DNA from: Mobula birostris
Lineage: Eukaryota
Direction of reading: 5' to 3'
Assembly: GCF_030028105.1 (NCBI RefSeq)
Contig: NC_092401.1
Coordinates: 9,706,984 to 9,770,983, forward strand
Length of the DNA stretch: 64,000 bases
How positions within the stretch are numbered: position 1 is the first letter of the stretch; each line of letters starts with the position of its first letter. Below the pieces are notes generated by a model. It saw only the letters and a program-made list of their open reading frames with translations. It did no database searches and was not told where the DNA came from. This document shows, piece after piece, positions 1 to 12,849 of this stretch. The position numbers were made by a program, and so were the translations under genes.

Positions 1-908
1 GAAGAAGCCATCTCCTCCTTCGAGCTGGATCCACCATTCATCAAGATCACAATTCTTGTCTTAAATCTGAATGAACTCAAGAAATTATGATTCACACCCA
101 ATTAGAAAATTTAATCTGTTCTGAACTGTCTACTCTCTCCCACCCCCCAAGATCTTGCCCTCAGACAAAGTATCTTCCCTGTATCCAGCCTATTAGGCCC
201 TGTTTGATTCCTAAGTTTCAATGAGTAGTCACAGCTTTTGAGAATACAGATTCCACTAAGTAAAAGCCTGACCTGCTTTAAGGAATGGAGAAGCAGTAAA
301 GTAGCTGATCCGTATCCTGAGTGTCTGCAGATATAACATTCTGGTGAACCTTTCATTGTAATCCAGCCTGTGGATTCAACCATTTGATTAAAGCAAGACT
401 AATCTAGTTGTAACGGCAATGCAGAAAGCAGTAGCCTCAACCAGAAGTACTGTAGAGAAGCCACAGTAAATTTATGACACTTGTCTGTAGGTTAAAAATG
501 AGCTACCCCATCCAATTCCAGCTTCTAAGCCCAGGTCTACAGCACTGCAGACTACAGCCTTCAACAAATTTATTAAAGATCTATTTTAAATCTAATGTGA
601 AACTCTGCATCTATCATCTTTTCATAAGCAGCAAGTCTAAACCTCTCCCTTCCTCCAAATATGCCAAGAGTCCAATAACCGACACCAATGGTGCTTACTA
701 ATGCGTCCAGCACCCTACACCCAGAGTGTAACCAGGCTATGTGGCAGAGAGCAATTTCCTTTGCATGTAAGGGAGAAAACGCTACCAAAATCAAAGTTGG
801 TTTTTCCCCCCTGTCTCTGGCCAGATACGGGTGGTTTGGACACAGAATAAAACTCCTCTTTACCATCACCAAATATCCCCTGCATAAGTTCGAGTAAAGC
901 TCACCCAC

Positions 909-993
909 CTGGTAGGCGACATTGTGGATTGTGATGTGGTGGAGGGCAGCTGTATCACTCTTGAATAAGGCGTGGAGATATGCTCGTGTATAC
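909..993 (-). CDS. QTRT1: QTRT1 exon 9 (85 nt); terminal exon 10 lies beyond the left window edge
   Basis: [28 protein letters not shown] with zinc-ligand HN; AG/GT. Confidence 0.93.
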
Positions 994-1214
994 CTGTCAG
1001 CACAAAAGAGCAACTCTGACGAATTAAATCAACTTCTGGGGTAAAGTGAACTGCAGGGGTTTTTGTGCCTACCTCTCCCTTAATACACAGCCTGTACCTG
1101 ATGTACACTTCCACAGGTACAGACCAGCATGTAATAGTCCACATGATCCATGCAGAACACCACCGGTAAGCCTGGTGTTATCCTTCATCCACAAAGACCC
1201 CCAACAGTTTGTAG

Positions 1215-1730
1215 TGACCACCCATTTCTCAATTTGACATGCTGGTCCACGGCCACCTCTATTGCCATGATGAGGCTACACTGAGGTTGGAGAAGCAACA
1301 CTTCATTTTCCATCTGGTTGTCTTCAACATTGAACACTGAATTCCCTAATTTCTTCTCCCTCCCCCTTCTTCCTTTTTCCATTCCCCTTTCTGCATCCCC
1401 TCTTGTCTCGCACCTCCTCCTCCACTTTCTCTCATGATCCACTCTCCTCTCCTATCAAACTCAATCAGCCTTTTTTTTCTATCTATCACCTCCCAGCCTC
1501 TCACTATACCCACTCCCCCCCAACTACTACTCACCTGGTTTTACCCATTACCTGCCAGCCTGTACTCCTTCCCCTCTCCCACTTTCCCTATCTAATCCTG
1601 ACAAAAGGTCTCTACCAGAAACATCAACTGTTTCTTTCTCTCCATTGACTGGCTTGACCTAAGTTCCTCCAGCATTTTGAATGTTTTGCTTTGGATTTCC
1701 AGCTCCTGCAGAATCTTGTGTTTATAATTT
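1215..1730 (+). mobile_element. Decayed Penelope-like 3' fragment
   Basis: HGHLYCHDEATLRLEKQHFIFHL matches the GIY-YIG C-terminus at 9955-10100; degenerate hammerhead near 1597-1630. Confidence 0.7.
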
Positions 1731-1966
1731 ACAGGAGCTGCCACCCATCAGGCAATTGGTAACAGTAACAGCAACTTCCTCGGACCTAGATGCCCATCTA
1801 CAACATTTCTCCAGCTGAGATGTGTAGTCAGCAGAAGGCAGTAACTGTGTCAGAGAATTATCTTTCTGTGGAGTTCAATACTGCAACTGAGAGCACAAAG
1901 ACACAGCTTTGTAATGGTGACCACCAACATATCACACGTACACAATGAAATGGCCAACATTCTTAC

Positions 1967-2076
1967 CTCTTGCATGTAGGACAGGTGCAGTCCTCATCAA
2001 TAGGCTTAAAATCCTTGGCATATTGTCTGTTTTTCAGCTGCAGAGATCCCCAGGGGACAAGTGCTGATCCAAACCG
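1967..2076 (-). CDS. QTRT1: QTRT1 exon 8 (110 nt)
   Basis: Manual translation [37 protein letters not shown] with zinc-binding CxCxxC; AG/GT. Confidence 0.93.
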
Positions 2077-2372
2077 CTGAGAGATCAGAGAGAGATTAGG
2101 CTGCACAGCTGAAGTGCTAAGGTGTTGCTCAAACCCTCCCCCGTCTCCAGTTTAGCCCTGCATTCGGAGTTCTTGATCCTGACTGCAAGGGCTGCGAAGG
2201 TTTTAATTTATTAATTGCAGTTCAGCAAGTAGACTACTGGCCTGACCCTTTAAATCCCATGCCTGGACAGGTCCCACTCCCACTTGACCTGCTCTCAGGA
2301 CAGTAGGTAGGCACAGGTACAAACACCCCACTTTGCCTCCCAAAGAAAACCTTACACCAAGGAAATCCTTAC

Positions 2373-2448
2373 CGCTGTTCGTGTGGGGAACACACAATCA
2401 AACATATCACAGCCGAGAGCCACACAAACCACGAGGTCCGTTGCGTAC
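2373..2448 (-). CDS. QTRT1: QTRT1 exon 7 (76 nt)
   Basis: [25 protein letters not shown], includes the catalytic DMFDCV motif; AG/GT. Confidence 0.95.
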
Positions 2449-2929
2449 CTGGTCAGAGAGAGCGTAGAGAGGTTGGTGGCGGAAGCAGTAAAAGAGACCA
2501 GAGACCTCAAATCCACAATGCACAAGTGATTTAAATCCATTCACCTTTCAGACTGTGCACAGTGTTGTCTCTGAATTGTAGATAAACGATTTCATTTCCT
2601 TTATCCATGAATGCCTCCCTAGCCCTGGTCCCCAATGGTCCTGGTCAGACATGTGCATCCTCTTGGGCACTGATCCAATTTAGCTCTTTTAGTCCCAGGC
2701 ATTTATCAGCAAAGATTCACATTTAAAAATTCCCAACTTTCATGCAATGAATTTCCAATAGTTGACCCTCCCTATCAAAACCAACTACTTTTCCAGATGG
2801 GAATTGCATCTATGTGGACATGCAAAGGCTGGGCAGCAGCAGTCGGTCACACAGACAGGTGGAAGGGAGTGGGTAATGCAAGGATTCATACCAAAAGGGA
2901 GACAGTCATGTACATGGGTTTTCTCATAC

Positions 2930-3068
2930 CCCACTCCCATCAAGTATCGCGGCTTCTCCTGTGGCAGGTAGTCTGTGCTAAGCAACACCATTCTCCAGAA
3001 ATGGTCCTTCTCCTCGCCACCACTCAGTCCTCCGATAGCAAAACCAGGGATATCACGTTTGATCATCT
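2930..3068 (-). CDS. QTRT1: QTRT1 exon 6 (139 nt)
   Basis: [27 protein letters not shown]...KPRYLMGVG; AG/GT. Confidence 0.95.
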
Positions 3069-3134
3069 CTGAAACGATGCAACAAATACGAATGGTGGAC
3101 TGACACCAGCAATAAGCAGATGGGCACATCTAAT

Positions 3135-3450
3135 AGACAGCCACTACCTCACAGCTCCAGAGAGTTGGGTTCGATCCTGACATCAGGTGTTCTCTGTGCG
3201 GAGTTCGCATGTTCTCCTTGTGAGGCAACCTGGATTTCCACCAGGCACTCTGATTTTTCCCACAGCTCAAAAATGTGCAGATTTCAGTTAATTCACTGTT
3301 GTAAGTTGCCCTCAGTATGAAGTGAGTGGTCAGAACCTGCGGGTAGTTGACGGGAATACCAGGAGAATAGAAAACAGGGAACGTTAGCAGGAGGGGACGT
3401 TTGCTCTCTGAGTTGGGACAGACTCCATGAGCCAAAATGGTCTCTTTCCA
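3135..3450 (+). mobile_element. V-SINE (HE1-like)
   Basis: CTCACAGCTCCAG...GGGTTCGATCCT...GGAGTTCGCATGTTCTCC V-domain-like sequence. Confidence 0.65.
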
Positions 3451-4375
3451 GTCAGGAAGAGACCATGACTGGGAAGGACGGAGGCAGAAAGCAGCTGCAG
3501 GGTCCAGGGACGGGTGAAACTCAGATTAAAATTTGATATTGCAAAGGGAAGACAGACCATCCAGTTGGGCAGTCAGTCATGTCCTAAGCATACGTAGATT
3601 GGAGCCAGTGCTCCATCACCCTGTACATACTTCATGGCCTCTCATTAGGTTTGTGATGCACAGTTAAAGTCCTGTTACAGACACCACTGCTCTTTTCCTG
3701 CGGAGATGGGAGGGAGGTACAGTGGCCTGGAGGGTGAGGTTCATGGCAGAAGCTCATGAAGGGAAGGCTAAGAAGTTTCTTAGAAGACATGGAATGGATG
3801 TAACTGCTACATATCTCATAGGCCACCCAGTCACTTTGTGTACAAACAGATCAGAACTGAGGAGGAGGTACTCACACCTGAAGATTCACACTTAACATTT
3901 TAGCAACAGCTTCTTTCCCTCTGAATGGTTCATGAGCACTACCTTATTTCATCTTTTGCACTTTATATATATTCCATTTTATTTATGTTTGTTTGGGAAC
4001 AGTGATCAGGTGACAGTATAAGAGGTTTGGGATAAGAGAACCCAGAATGGAGCATGTGTTTGGTGGGGGAGTTCAGGAAGCAGCTTGGCAGGAAGGAGAT
4101 TTACATCAGAGAGCTCAGGAAAGCAGAGTTTGCTGGAAGTTTGGAGTACGGGGACAGCAAGGGAAAACTCAAAACTGAGGAAGAAAGGCACCATGGACGT
4201 GGATTGATGACAACAGGTCAGCTGCTTATCAAAGATGTGCAATGTGCAAGGCGGTTTGAATCTGACACAGGCTGAGAAAAGCAAATCAGAACACAATGGG
4301 GCAACAGTCGTACAAAAATGCATCTCCACTTCAACATTGAAGAACAGTAGAAATATTGAGAACTCACAACCTCAC

Positions 4376-4491
4376 CTTCCAGACATTTCTTGCGGAGTTC
4401 AGCATCCAGGCCACCTTGAATTATTGCAAACAGGTTCTGCTGCTTAGGATTCTTGTTTGCTGCAATGCAGCGATCCAACCAGCGTATAGAC
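4376..4491 (-). CDS. QTRT1: QTRT1 exon 5 (116 nt)
   Basis: [38 protein letters not shown]; AG/GT. Confidence 0.95.
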
Positions 4492-5248
4492 CTAGGAAGC
4501 AAAGACACAGTTCTCGTCATTCATTTCCGGTTTGAGAGCGCACATGCACTGAGCAAGAGGGTAACAGTACAGTACGATCTATCATTCAATAAAGGGAAGC
4601 CAGAGATGGAAACATACAGAATCTGTCAAACACCTCAGGATGTGAAGGTAGTGTCAATGTACTGCAGGATTGTCTATATGCACTTGTACCCAAACAACTA
4701 CCTGGCAACAGTGGACCAGCTCTCACTAACATAACCAGCAGGTCATAAAGGCATTCCAATTCACTTTTCACAAACGAGAAAATCTGCAATAGCTGGAAAT
4801 CTGAGCAACACACACAAGTTGCTGGAGGATCTCAGCAGGCCAGGCAGCACCTACAAAAAAAAAGAGTACAGTCGACATTTCAGGCCGAAACCCTTCGGCA
4901 GGCCAATCTCTTTTCCACAGATGCTGCCTGGCCTGCTGAGTTCCTCCAGCATTTGTGTGTGTTGCTCTAATCTACTTTTGCTTACTATTTATTCACAAGT
5001 TATGTGCATTGCTGGTTAGTAGGACCAGCAGTATCACTCATCTTTTATGATTAGGAATACAGCTGGCACCACCAGGAATGCATATATCTTTTATCAAAAT
5101 TATACTTTACCCATGCTATATACAGTATGCATCAGGACCACGGTCACTGTACCAGCAATTCAACACAATCCCTTATAATGCCTCACCCACATTTCCCCCT
5201 TAAAATATCTCATTCATAAAATTCAAAGTAAATTTATTAACAAGGTAC

Positions 5249-5287
<39 letters not shown>

Positions 5288-5811
5288 ACCTTAAGATTCA
5301 TTATCTTGCAGGCATTCACAGTAAAACAAAGAAATACAATAGAATCAATGAAAAACTACACACAAAGACCAACAAACAACCCATGTGCAAAAGTCGTCAA
5401 ACTGCGTAAATCAGAAATAGTTAAATGCAGAGAGCATGAGTCATTGAAAGTGAATCTATAGATTGTGGAATTGGTTCAGTGCTGATGTGAGTGAAGTTAT
5501 CCACGCCGATTCAAAAGCCTGATGGTTGAAAGGTATTAACTCTTCTTGAACCTGGTGGTGTGGGACCGAAGGCTCCTGCACTTTCTTCCTGATAGTAGCA
5601 GTGAGAAGAGAGTATGGCCTGGATGACGGGGGTCTTTCTTGTGGTCGCACTCCTTGGACGTGTTCAGTGCTGGGGTTGGCTTTGCATGTGATGGACTGAC
5701 CACCTTCTGTAGACTTTTCAAAGGTTTGAGATACCCCAGAAGGGGTAGGATCCCTGACTGTGTTTCAAACCCTTCCCCACTGCGTCCCTCAGCATGCTCT
5801 CTGCAACATGG

Positions 5812-6060
5812 TGGCACGGGAGCGTCGTTGTTACCGTGCCAGCGACCCAGGTTCAATTCCCATCGCTGCCTGTAAGGGGTTAGAGCGCTCTCCCTGTGAC
5901 CGTGTGGGTTTCCTCCCACAGTCCAAAGGATTACCAGTTAGTAGGTTAACTGGTGAATGTAAATTGTGCTGTGATTAGGCTAGGTTTAAATCAGGGGTTT
6001 GCTGGGCGGCACGTCCTGAAGGATGATTGGACCTATTCCACACTAAATCTCAATAAATAA
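5812..6060 (+). mobile_element. V-SINE-like element
   Basis: CCAGCGACCCAGGTTCAATTCC...TGACCGTGTGGGTTTCCTCCCACAGTCCAAAG; related copy near 50660-50985. Confidence 0.6.
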
Positions 6061-6061
6061 A

Positions 6062-6520
6062 GGCAATACTGCGGAAGACCAAGTTTCAGGCAGGCCAGCC
6101 AAAGTCCATCTTTCACCAGGATGATGATCTTCCAGCAACAGGAGATGTTTCTGGGAGCAGCCCACAGAGCAGAGTCCTGGGTTACACGGCTGCTCGAGGG
6201 GAACCTCCCTTGGAGCTCTCCGGCAGTCGGAGGAGGTGCAGCTCTCCAGAAAGCTGTATGGGGCAGCACAGAGACTCTGGATCTGCGGTAAGGATTTTAA
6301 AGTGGTGATGGCGGAGAGAGCTCTCTTCCTGCCGGCCAAAAGAGCAGATATTGTGAGCTCTGGTGATGGGTAGTGCCAGGAAGCTATCCACAGGATTCAC
6401 CACATCCTTCTGCCACAGCTCCTCCCGAATGTTCCATACTGACCACTACCTGACAGACTTGTGTGGAGAGTGTTTCTCTGCAGCAGCTATTCTACAAATA
6501 ACAGACGGCCTGGCAAGCTC
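6062..6520 (-). mobile_element. L1/Tx1-like LINE C-terminal fragment
   Basis: VTQDSALW...CCWKIIILVKDGLWLA resembles Tx1-clade ORF2 C-terminus. Confidence 0.5.
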
Positions 6521-6539
6521 CAACTGATTGTAACACTGC

Positions 6540-7050
6540 CTGGGTCCAGAGGAGGTTCAGGAAAATAATCCTGGGAGGACCCTGGGAAGAAAAGATTACC
6601 ATATGAGGAGCATTTGATAGTTCTGGTCTTCTATTCACCAGAGTTTAGAAGAATGAATTGGGGGTGGGGTTGGAGAGTGTCTCGTTGAAGCCGATCAAAT
6701 GTAAAAAATGTGGAAAGGCCTAGAGTGAGTGGACGTCAGGTGTTACAAATAGAGGGGGAGTCCAGGACTGGAGGACACAGCCTCAGAATACAAAGATGAG
6801 GAAGAATTTCTTTAGCCTAAGGGTGGCAAATCTGTGGAATTCATTGCCACAGACAGGTGTGGAGGCCAAGTCATTTGGTATATTTAAAAAAGAGTTTTGA
6901 TAGGTTCTTGATTACGGGGAAGAAGGTTAAGGTTACAGGTTACGGAAGGAAGACAGGAGAATGGGGTTGAGAGGGATAATAAATCAGCCATGGTCAAATA
7001 GAGATTTGATGGGCAAATGGCTCAGATCTCCTCCTATGTCTTATAGTCTT
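6540..7050 (+). mobile_element. CR1-type LINE 3' fragment
   Basis: Homologous to 8750-9220; tail CTCCTATGTCTTATAGTCTT. Confidence 0.7.
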
Positions 7051-7575
7051 ACTGCCCCTTTGTATGGTGGAAAATCACTTGCTGGGCGACTTCCAGAGGG
7101 CAGTGAAAGGTTACCCTCAGGAGAACAGCTTCAGATTCAGAAGCAGAAATGCCGGAAGAACTCAGCCCGTCCAGCAGCATCCGTGAGAAGAGAACCGGGG
7201 AGGGGTCGCTGATCCGGAATGTTTCCTGCTTTCTCCTCCGACAGGTGCTGCTTGGCTGACTGAGTCCTTTCAGCGTCAGTGTTTCTGAATCAGATTTCAT
7301 GTCTACTGTTGCGTTTGTTTTCCATCACCTCCCATTGAAGCCAGAAACCTTAGTGATTTTCGAAATACAACTGCTGTTCTTTCGTTGCTGTGCTTAAATT
7401 CTGGGAGATTCCTGCACAGCGACAGTGTGAGGACATTTCGCAAAGCCGTGGTTCACCAGTACAAGTAGGGATGAGCAGCTCATTACAAGCTGAGACTGAA
7501 AGCACATTCGAAAACAGAGACAGCAGTGCTGCTCCCAGGAGGAGCCAGCTCACTCTGAGATGTCTTCCCACTGAC

Positions 7576-7654
7576 CTGAACATGGCTTCTTCCACTCTGG
7601 GACCAGTCACGGTACTGCTCACGACATCGTCCAACTGCATCATGATGTCTGAAC
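7576..7654 (-). CDS. QTRT1: QTRT1 exon 4 (79 nt)
   Basis: [26 protein letters not shown]; AG/GT, phase consistent. Confidence 0.93.
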
Positions 7655-8019
7655 CTAACTTATCAGCGAGAGGTTGAGGAAAGAGAGGGGGACAACATGT
7701 GGGAAGAGAGCAAAATGGAAAGAATGACATTAAAGAGGTGGAACTCAAACCCTACCCATCACACCCTTACTCTTCCTCACACCTAAGCTCACCAAACCCT
7801 CCCATGGAGTGACGTCTTCCTTTCCCTACTGATCCTGTTCAACCTCACACCTACCGCAACGTGACCTCAGCAAAGGTTACAGCCGAGGCTGACTAACGAG
7901 ATCTGGGGAAAGTCAGAACTGGGTCTCTTGACAGTCCTATTACAGGATCTCCTCAGGGTTAACTTGCAGGTTGAACTGGTAGTAAGAAAGACAGATGAAA
8001 TGTTAGTATTCAGTTCGAG

Positions 8020-8640
8020 AGGACTACAAGTACTTGGGGGGTGCACCTGGATGACAGATTTGAGTGGAGCACCAACATTGAGGCTGTGTACAAGAAGGGC
8101 CAGAGTTACCTCTACTTCCTGAGGGGACTGAGGTCCTTTGGAGTATGTAGGTCTCTCCTTCACTGTTCTACCAGTCTGTTGTCACCAGTACAATTATCTA
8201 TGTGGTGGTGTGCTGGGGCAATGGCATCAACACGAGTGATGCCAACAGGCTCAATAAACTGATTAGAAAGGCTGGCTCTGTTATAGGAGTCAAACTGGAC
8301 ACACTGGAGGCTGTGGTGGAACAAAGGACCCCACAGAAAATCCTGGCAATTCTGGACAATGTTTCTCACCCTCTGCATGCCACCTTGGCTGAACAGACCA
8401 GCACTTTTGGTAATAGATTAAGACAACTGTGCTGCATGAGGTCATTCTTACCCTTGGCCACTAGGCTATACAATGAGTCAACCTAAAGCTGGGGAAGTGA
8501 TGATTCCCCCCCCCCCCCTCCTGTTAGACTGACTGTGGTAACTTATTTTTTATTATTTCTACTAATATTTGTATCTGTGCCCATGTAATGCTACCATACT
8601 GTGATACTGTAATTTTCTTTGGGATCAATCTATCTATCTA
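8020..8640 (+). mobile_element. Rex-Babar-type LINE 3' fragment
   Basis: YKYLGVHLDDRFEW...LYFLRGLRSF; VVCWG...HPLH; tail GGGATCAATCTATCTATCT. Confidence 0.8.
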
Positions 8641-9222
8641 AAAGCAAAGATGTATTGCTGGGGCATTATAAGGCATCGGTCAGACAATGTTTGGAATACT
8701 GTGAGCAGATTTGGGCCCCATATCGAAGGAAGGATGTGCTGGCATTGGAGAGGGTCCACAGGAGGTTCATGAGAATTATCCTAGGAATGAAAAGGTTAAT
8801 GTATGAGTGTTTGATGGCACTGGGCTTGTATCACTGGAGTTTAAAAGAATGAAGGGGAATCTCATTGAAACTTAGTGAATAACAGTGGACAGGAGTGGAT
8901 GTTTCCTAAAGTGGCAGAGTCCTGGACCAGAGAGCACAGCCTCAGAACAGAAGGACTTCCCTTTAGAACAGAGATGAGGAATAATTTCTTTAGCCAGAGG
9001 GTGGTGAATCTGTGGAATTCATTGCCATATGTGGCTGTGGAGGCCAAATCGTTGAGTACATTTAAAGTAGAGGTTAATAGGTTCTTGATCAGTAAAGGTA
9101 CCAAAGGTTACAGGGAGGAGGCTGGAGAATGGGTCTGAGAGAGAAAATAAATCAGCCATGACCAGATGGCAGAGCAGACTCGATGGGCCAAATGGCCTAA
9201 TTCTGCTCCAATGTATTATGAT
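8640..9222 (+). mobile_element. CR1-type LINE 3' fragment
   Basis: LEYCEQIWAPY...; FRTEMRNNFFSQRVVNLWNSLP. Confidence 0.8.
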
Positions 9223-9358
9223 CGCTCCCAATGGCTGAAAATGCCTGAACTTCTGTGTGGATTCCATCCACCTGTAGGCATCAGGACACTTTCGTGCAAC
9301 ACACATCAAAGTTGCTGGTGAACGCAGCAGGCCAGGCAGCATCTCTAGGAAGAGGTGC

Positions 9359-9394
9359 AATCAACGTTTCAGGCCGAGACCCTTCGTCAGGACT
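9359..9394 (-). ncRNA. Minimal type I hammerhead ribozyme in Penelope element
   Basis: Minus strand reads AGTC-CTGACGA-AGGgtctcggCCT-GAAAC-GTT-GATT. Confidence 0.7.
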
Positions 9395-9619
9395 AACTGA
9401 AGGAAGAGTGAGTAAGGGATTTGAAAGTTGGAGGGGGAGGGGGAGATCCAAAATGCCAGAAGACGGGGTGGGGGGGGGGGATGGAGCCAAGAGCTGGACA
9501 GGTGATAGGCAAAAGGGATACGAGAGGATCATGGGACAGGAGGTCCGGGAAGAAAGACGAGGGGGGGACCCAGAGGATGGGTAAGGGGTATATTCAGAGG
9601 GACAGAGGGAGAAAAAGGA

Positions 9620-9814
9620 GAGAGAGAGAGTGAGAGAGAGAGTGAGAGAGTGAGAGAGTGAGAGAGTGAGAGAGTGAGAGAGTGAGAGAGTGAGAGAGTG
9701 AGAGAGTGAGAGAGTGAGAGAGTGAGAGAGTGAGAGAGTGAGAGAGTGAGAGAGTGAGAGAGTGAGAGAGTGAGAGAGTGAGAGAGTGAGTGAGTGAGTG
9801 AGTGAGTGAGTGAG

Positions 9815-9854
<40 letters not shown>

Positions 9855-9898
9855 AGTGAGAGAGTGAGAGAGTGAGAGAGTGAGAGAGTGAGAGAGAG
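9620..9898 (+). repeat. Compound (GAGAGTGA)n/(GAGT)n/(GAGAGT)n microsatellite inside the Penelope 3'UTR
   Basis: Direct inspection. Confidence 0.95.
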
Positions 9899-10787
9899 AA
9901 TGAATGTGTGTATAAAAATAAGTAACAGATGGGGTAGGAGGGGGAGGTGGGGCATTAGCGGAAGTTAGAGAAGTCAATGTTCATGCCATCAGGTTGGAGG
10001 CTACCCAGATGGAATATAAGGTGTTGTTCCTCCAACCTGAGTGTGGCTTCATCTTTACAGTAGAGGAGGCCGTGGATAGACATGTCAGAATGGGAATGGG
10101 ATGTGGAATTAAAATGTGTGGCCACTGGAAGATCCTGCTTTCTCTGGCGGACGGAGCGTAGGTGTTCAGCAAAGCGGTCTCCCAGTCTGCGTCGGGTCTC
10201 GCCAATATATAAAAGGCCACATTGGGAGCACCGGACGCAGTATATCACCCCAGCCGACTCACAGGTGAAGTGTTGCCTCACCTGGAAGGACTGTTTGGGG
10301 CCCTGAATGGTGGTAAGGGAGGAAGTGTAAGGGCATGTGTAGCACTTGTTCCGCTGACAGGGATAAGTGCCAGGAGGGAGATCAGTGGGGAGGGATGGGG
10401 GGGGGGGGACGAATGGACAAGGGAGTCGCGGAGGGAGCGATCCCTGCGGAATGCAGAGAGAGGCAGGGAGGGAAAGATGAGCTTAGTGGTGGGATCCCGT
10501 TGGAGGTGGCGGAAGTTACGGAGAATAATATGTTGGACCCGGAGGCTGGTGGGGTGGTAGGTGAGGACCAGGGTTCCTGGGTGGTCATTTCAAGGGGGAA
10601 ACCAGGAGCAAAACCAACAAGAATACACACTTTGCTTGAACCTCACTAACTCTGAAAGTGGGATGGACCGTGGAGCATTTCTTCAAGTTCAACGACCTGC
10701 AGGAATTCCTCTCCACTGCACATTTGCCTCCTGATGACGTGGAAATTGTCATCCTAGCCACAGGTGTATCTGAGGCACTCTCAGCTA

Positions 10788-11000
<213 letters not shown>

Positions 11001-11653
11001 TTATTTCAGAAACATTTACTTTTATTATAAAAGGCAATGGAACATCCAAGGAGAGTGGTCAGAATAAAAGGGATTGATAATTACAACACCCTGACTTACC
11101 TTGTGAAAAAAATGTACTATGGAATAACAATTGAAACCACATCACATTCTGGAGTAGGCATCTTGAGGGGGTGACGTAACCTCATTTAAGCAACCATGTC
11201 AAGGAACAACATAAGCTAACTTTATTCTTTATTATACGTCCTTTACTTACCTCAAGGGGCTACGATAATACAAGCGTATCAGGGTCACACTTTATGCGCT
11301 TAAAGGAGTGGAGGATGGGAAGAGGTTTATTTGGGAACAGTTGGGAGGTGAAGGAACGGCTAAAAATAAAGGAGGAATTCAGGGCTGATGAAGAGGTGGG
11401 AACTGAAAAGGTTAAAGAAGCTGAGAATGTTTTAGGGCAAGGGGTTCACAATCTTTTGTGCCATGAACCGTACCATGTTTGAGGGCAAGAAGGCTTCAAA
11501 GTGGTAAGGAGGAATTAGCCATGGTGGAACGGACTTGATGGGCCAAATGGGAGGACATTGAATGTCCCTATGTCTTATGGTGAAAGGTGCTCCAAGGGTA
11601 ATCTTTACTCTGAGGGTGGTGTGTGTGTGTGGAATGAGTTGCTAGCGGAAGTA

Positions 11654-11961
11654 AAGGCATCCGTTAGTCTTGTGAGACCATGGATCTGCGCCTGGAAAGT
11701 CTTCACTCTCCAGGGCGCAGGCCTGGGCAAGGTTGTATGGAAGACCGGCCATTGTCCATGCTGCAAGTCTCCCCTCTCCACGACACCGATGTTGTCCAAG
11801 GGAAGGGCATTAGGACCCATACAGCTTGGCACCAGTGTCGTCGCAGAGTAATGTGTGATTAAGTGCCTTGCTCAAGGACACAACACATTACCTCCGCTGG
11901 GGCTCGATCTCACGACCTTCAGATCGCTAGTCGAACGCCTTAACCACTTGGCCATTTGCCC
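11654..11961 (-). mobile_element. tRNA-derived SINE, same family as 62713-63022
   Basis: Reverse complement aligns over about 300 nt with 62713-63022; interrupts a CR1 tail. Confidence 0.8.
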
Positions 11962-12849
11962 TAGTGGAAGTGGAGGATGCTGATTCCATTGTAACATTTA
12001 AGAGACATTTGGATTGGAGGGCTATTGAGGCATAGAAACCAGGCCAGCACAGACAAGATGGGCAGAAGGGCCAGTTTCTGCACTGTAATGCTCTATGACT
12101 CTCTAGGATAAACGATGAGGATGCAATTGATAATGACAGCTTTTTGTAGTCATTATTTGTTCTTTCAATCAAGGGGCTTGCTCAGCTATTTCAAAAAAAT
12201 TGATAGGTCAGGAATCAGAGCTGTAAAGACGAACTGCAGATTTCCTGCTCTGGAGTGGATCAGTTGGGCTCTATAATGACCCATGGAGAATCCTGCAGTT
12301 TCACAGTAAGCATTACTGAGGTCAAAACAGAAAAAGTTCAAGTTTCATTGTCATTCAACCATACATGAATACAGCCAAACAAAACAGTGTAACTCCGAAG
12401 ATGCAAAACACACAGTACCAACAGTCATTCACAGCACAAAGCACATATAGTATAAAATATAGTCACACAAAAAGTCCGAGTCCATGAACGTTGCAGCAGT
12501 CTGCAGTCGAACACAATTAAAAAGCTAAAAACATTAGCCACTGTGGAGGAACATTTTAGTTGATGGCCTTCAGAAATGAGTCTTCTTTTTTATTCCTGTT
12601 TTATTTAATTAATTGAATGTAATTTTTTTCTGCTGTTGTACTGGAATTCAAAGTGCTTTCTAATCAACGGGCCGGAGTTGGGCTTCTGAACAAAATCAAT
12701 GCCGCAAACCTCACTGGAACTGGGTAGAACATAGGAGAATTTCAATTCTAGTCTATTTCAACGGGGGAATTCAGTGCTGTGAAATCTGAAACATTATTCA
12801 CCATGAAAGACATTTCCAAAAAGGGATGAAAAGTAATGTGCATTGATAA

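Larger units (their letters stand above)
9295..10575 (-). mobile_element. Penelope-like retroelement 3' portion with GIY-YIG endonuclease domain and terminal hammerhead
   Basis: ORF 9955-10281 VIYCVRCSQCGLLYIGETRRRLGDRFAEH...VATHFN...LEEQHLI...GMN is a PLE-type GIY-YIG; 3' end carries CTGACGA...GAAAC. Confidence 0.88.

Noticed and set aside
9281-9977. Ser/Leu/His-repeat ORFs
   Set aside because: Translations of the GAGAGTGA microsatellite.
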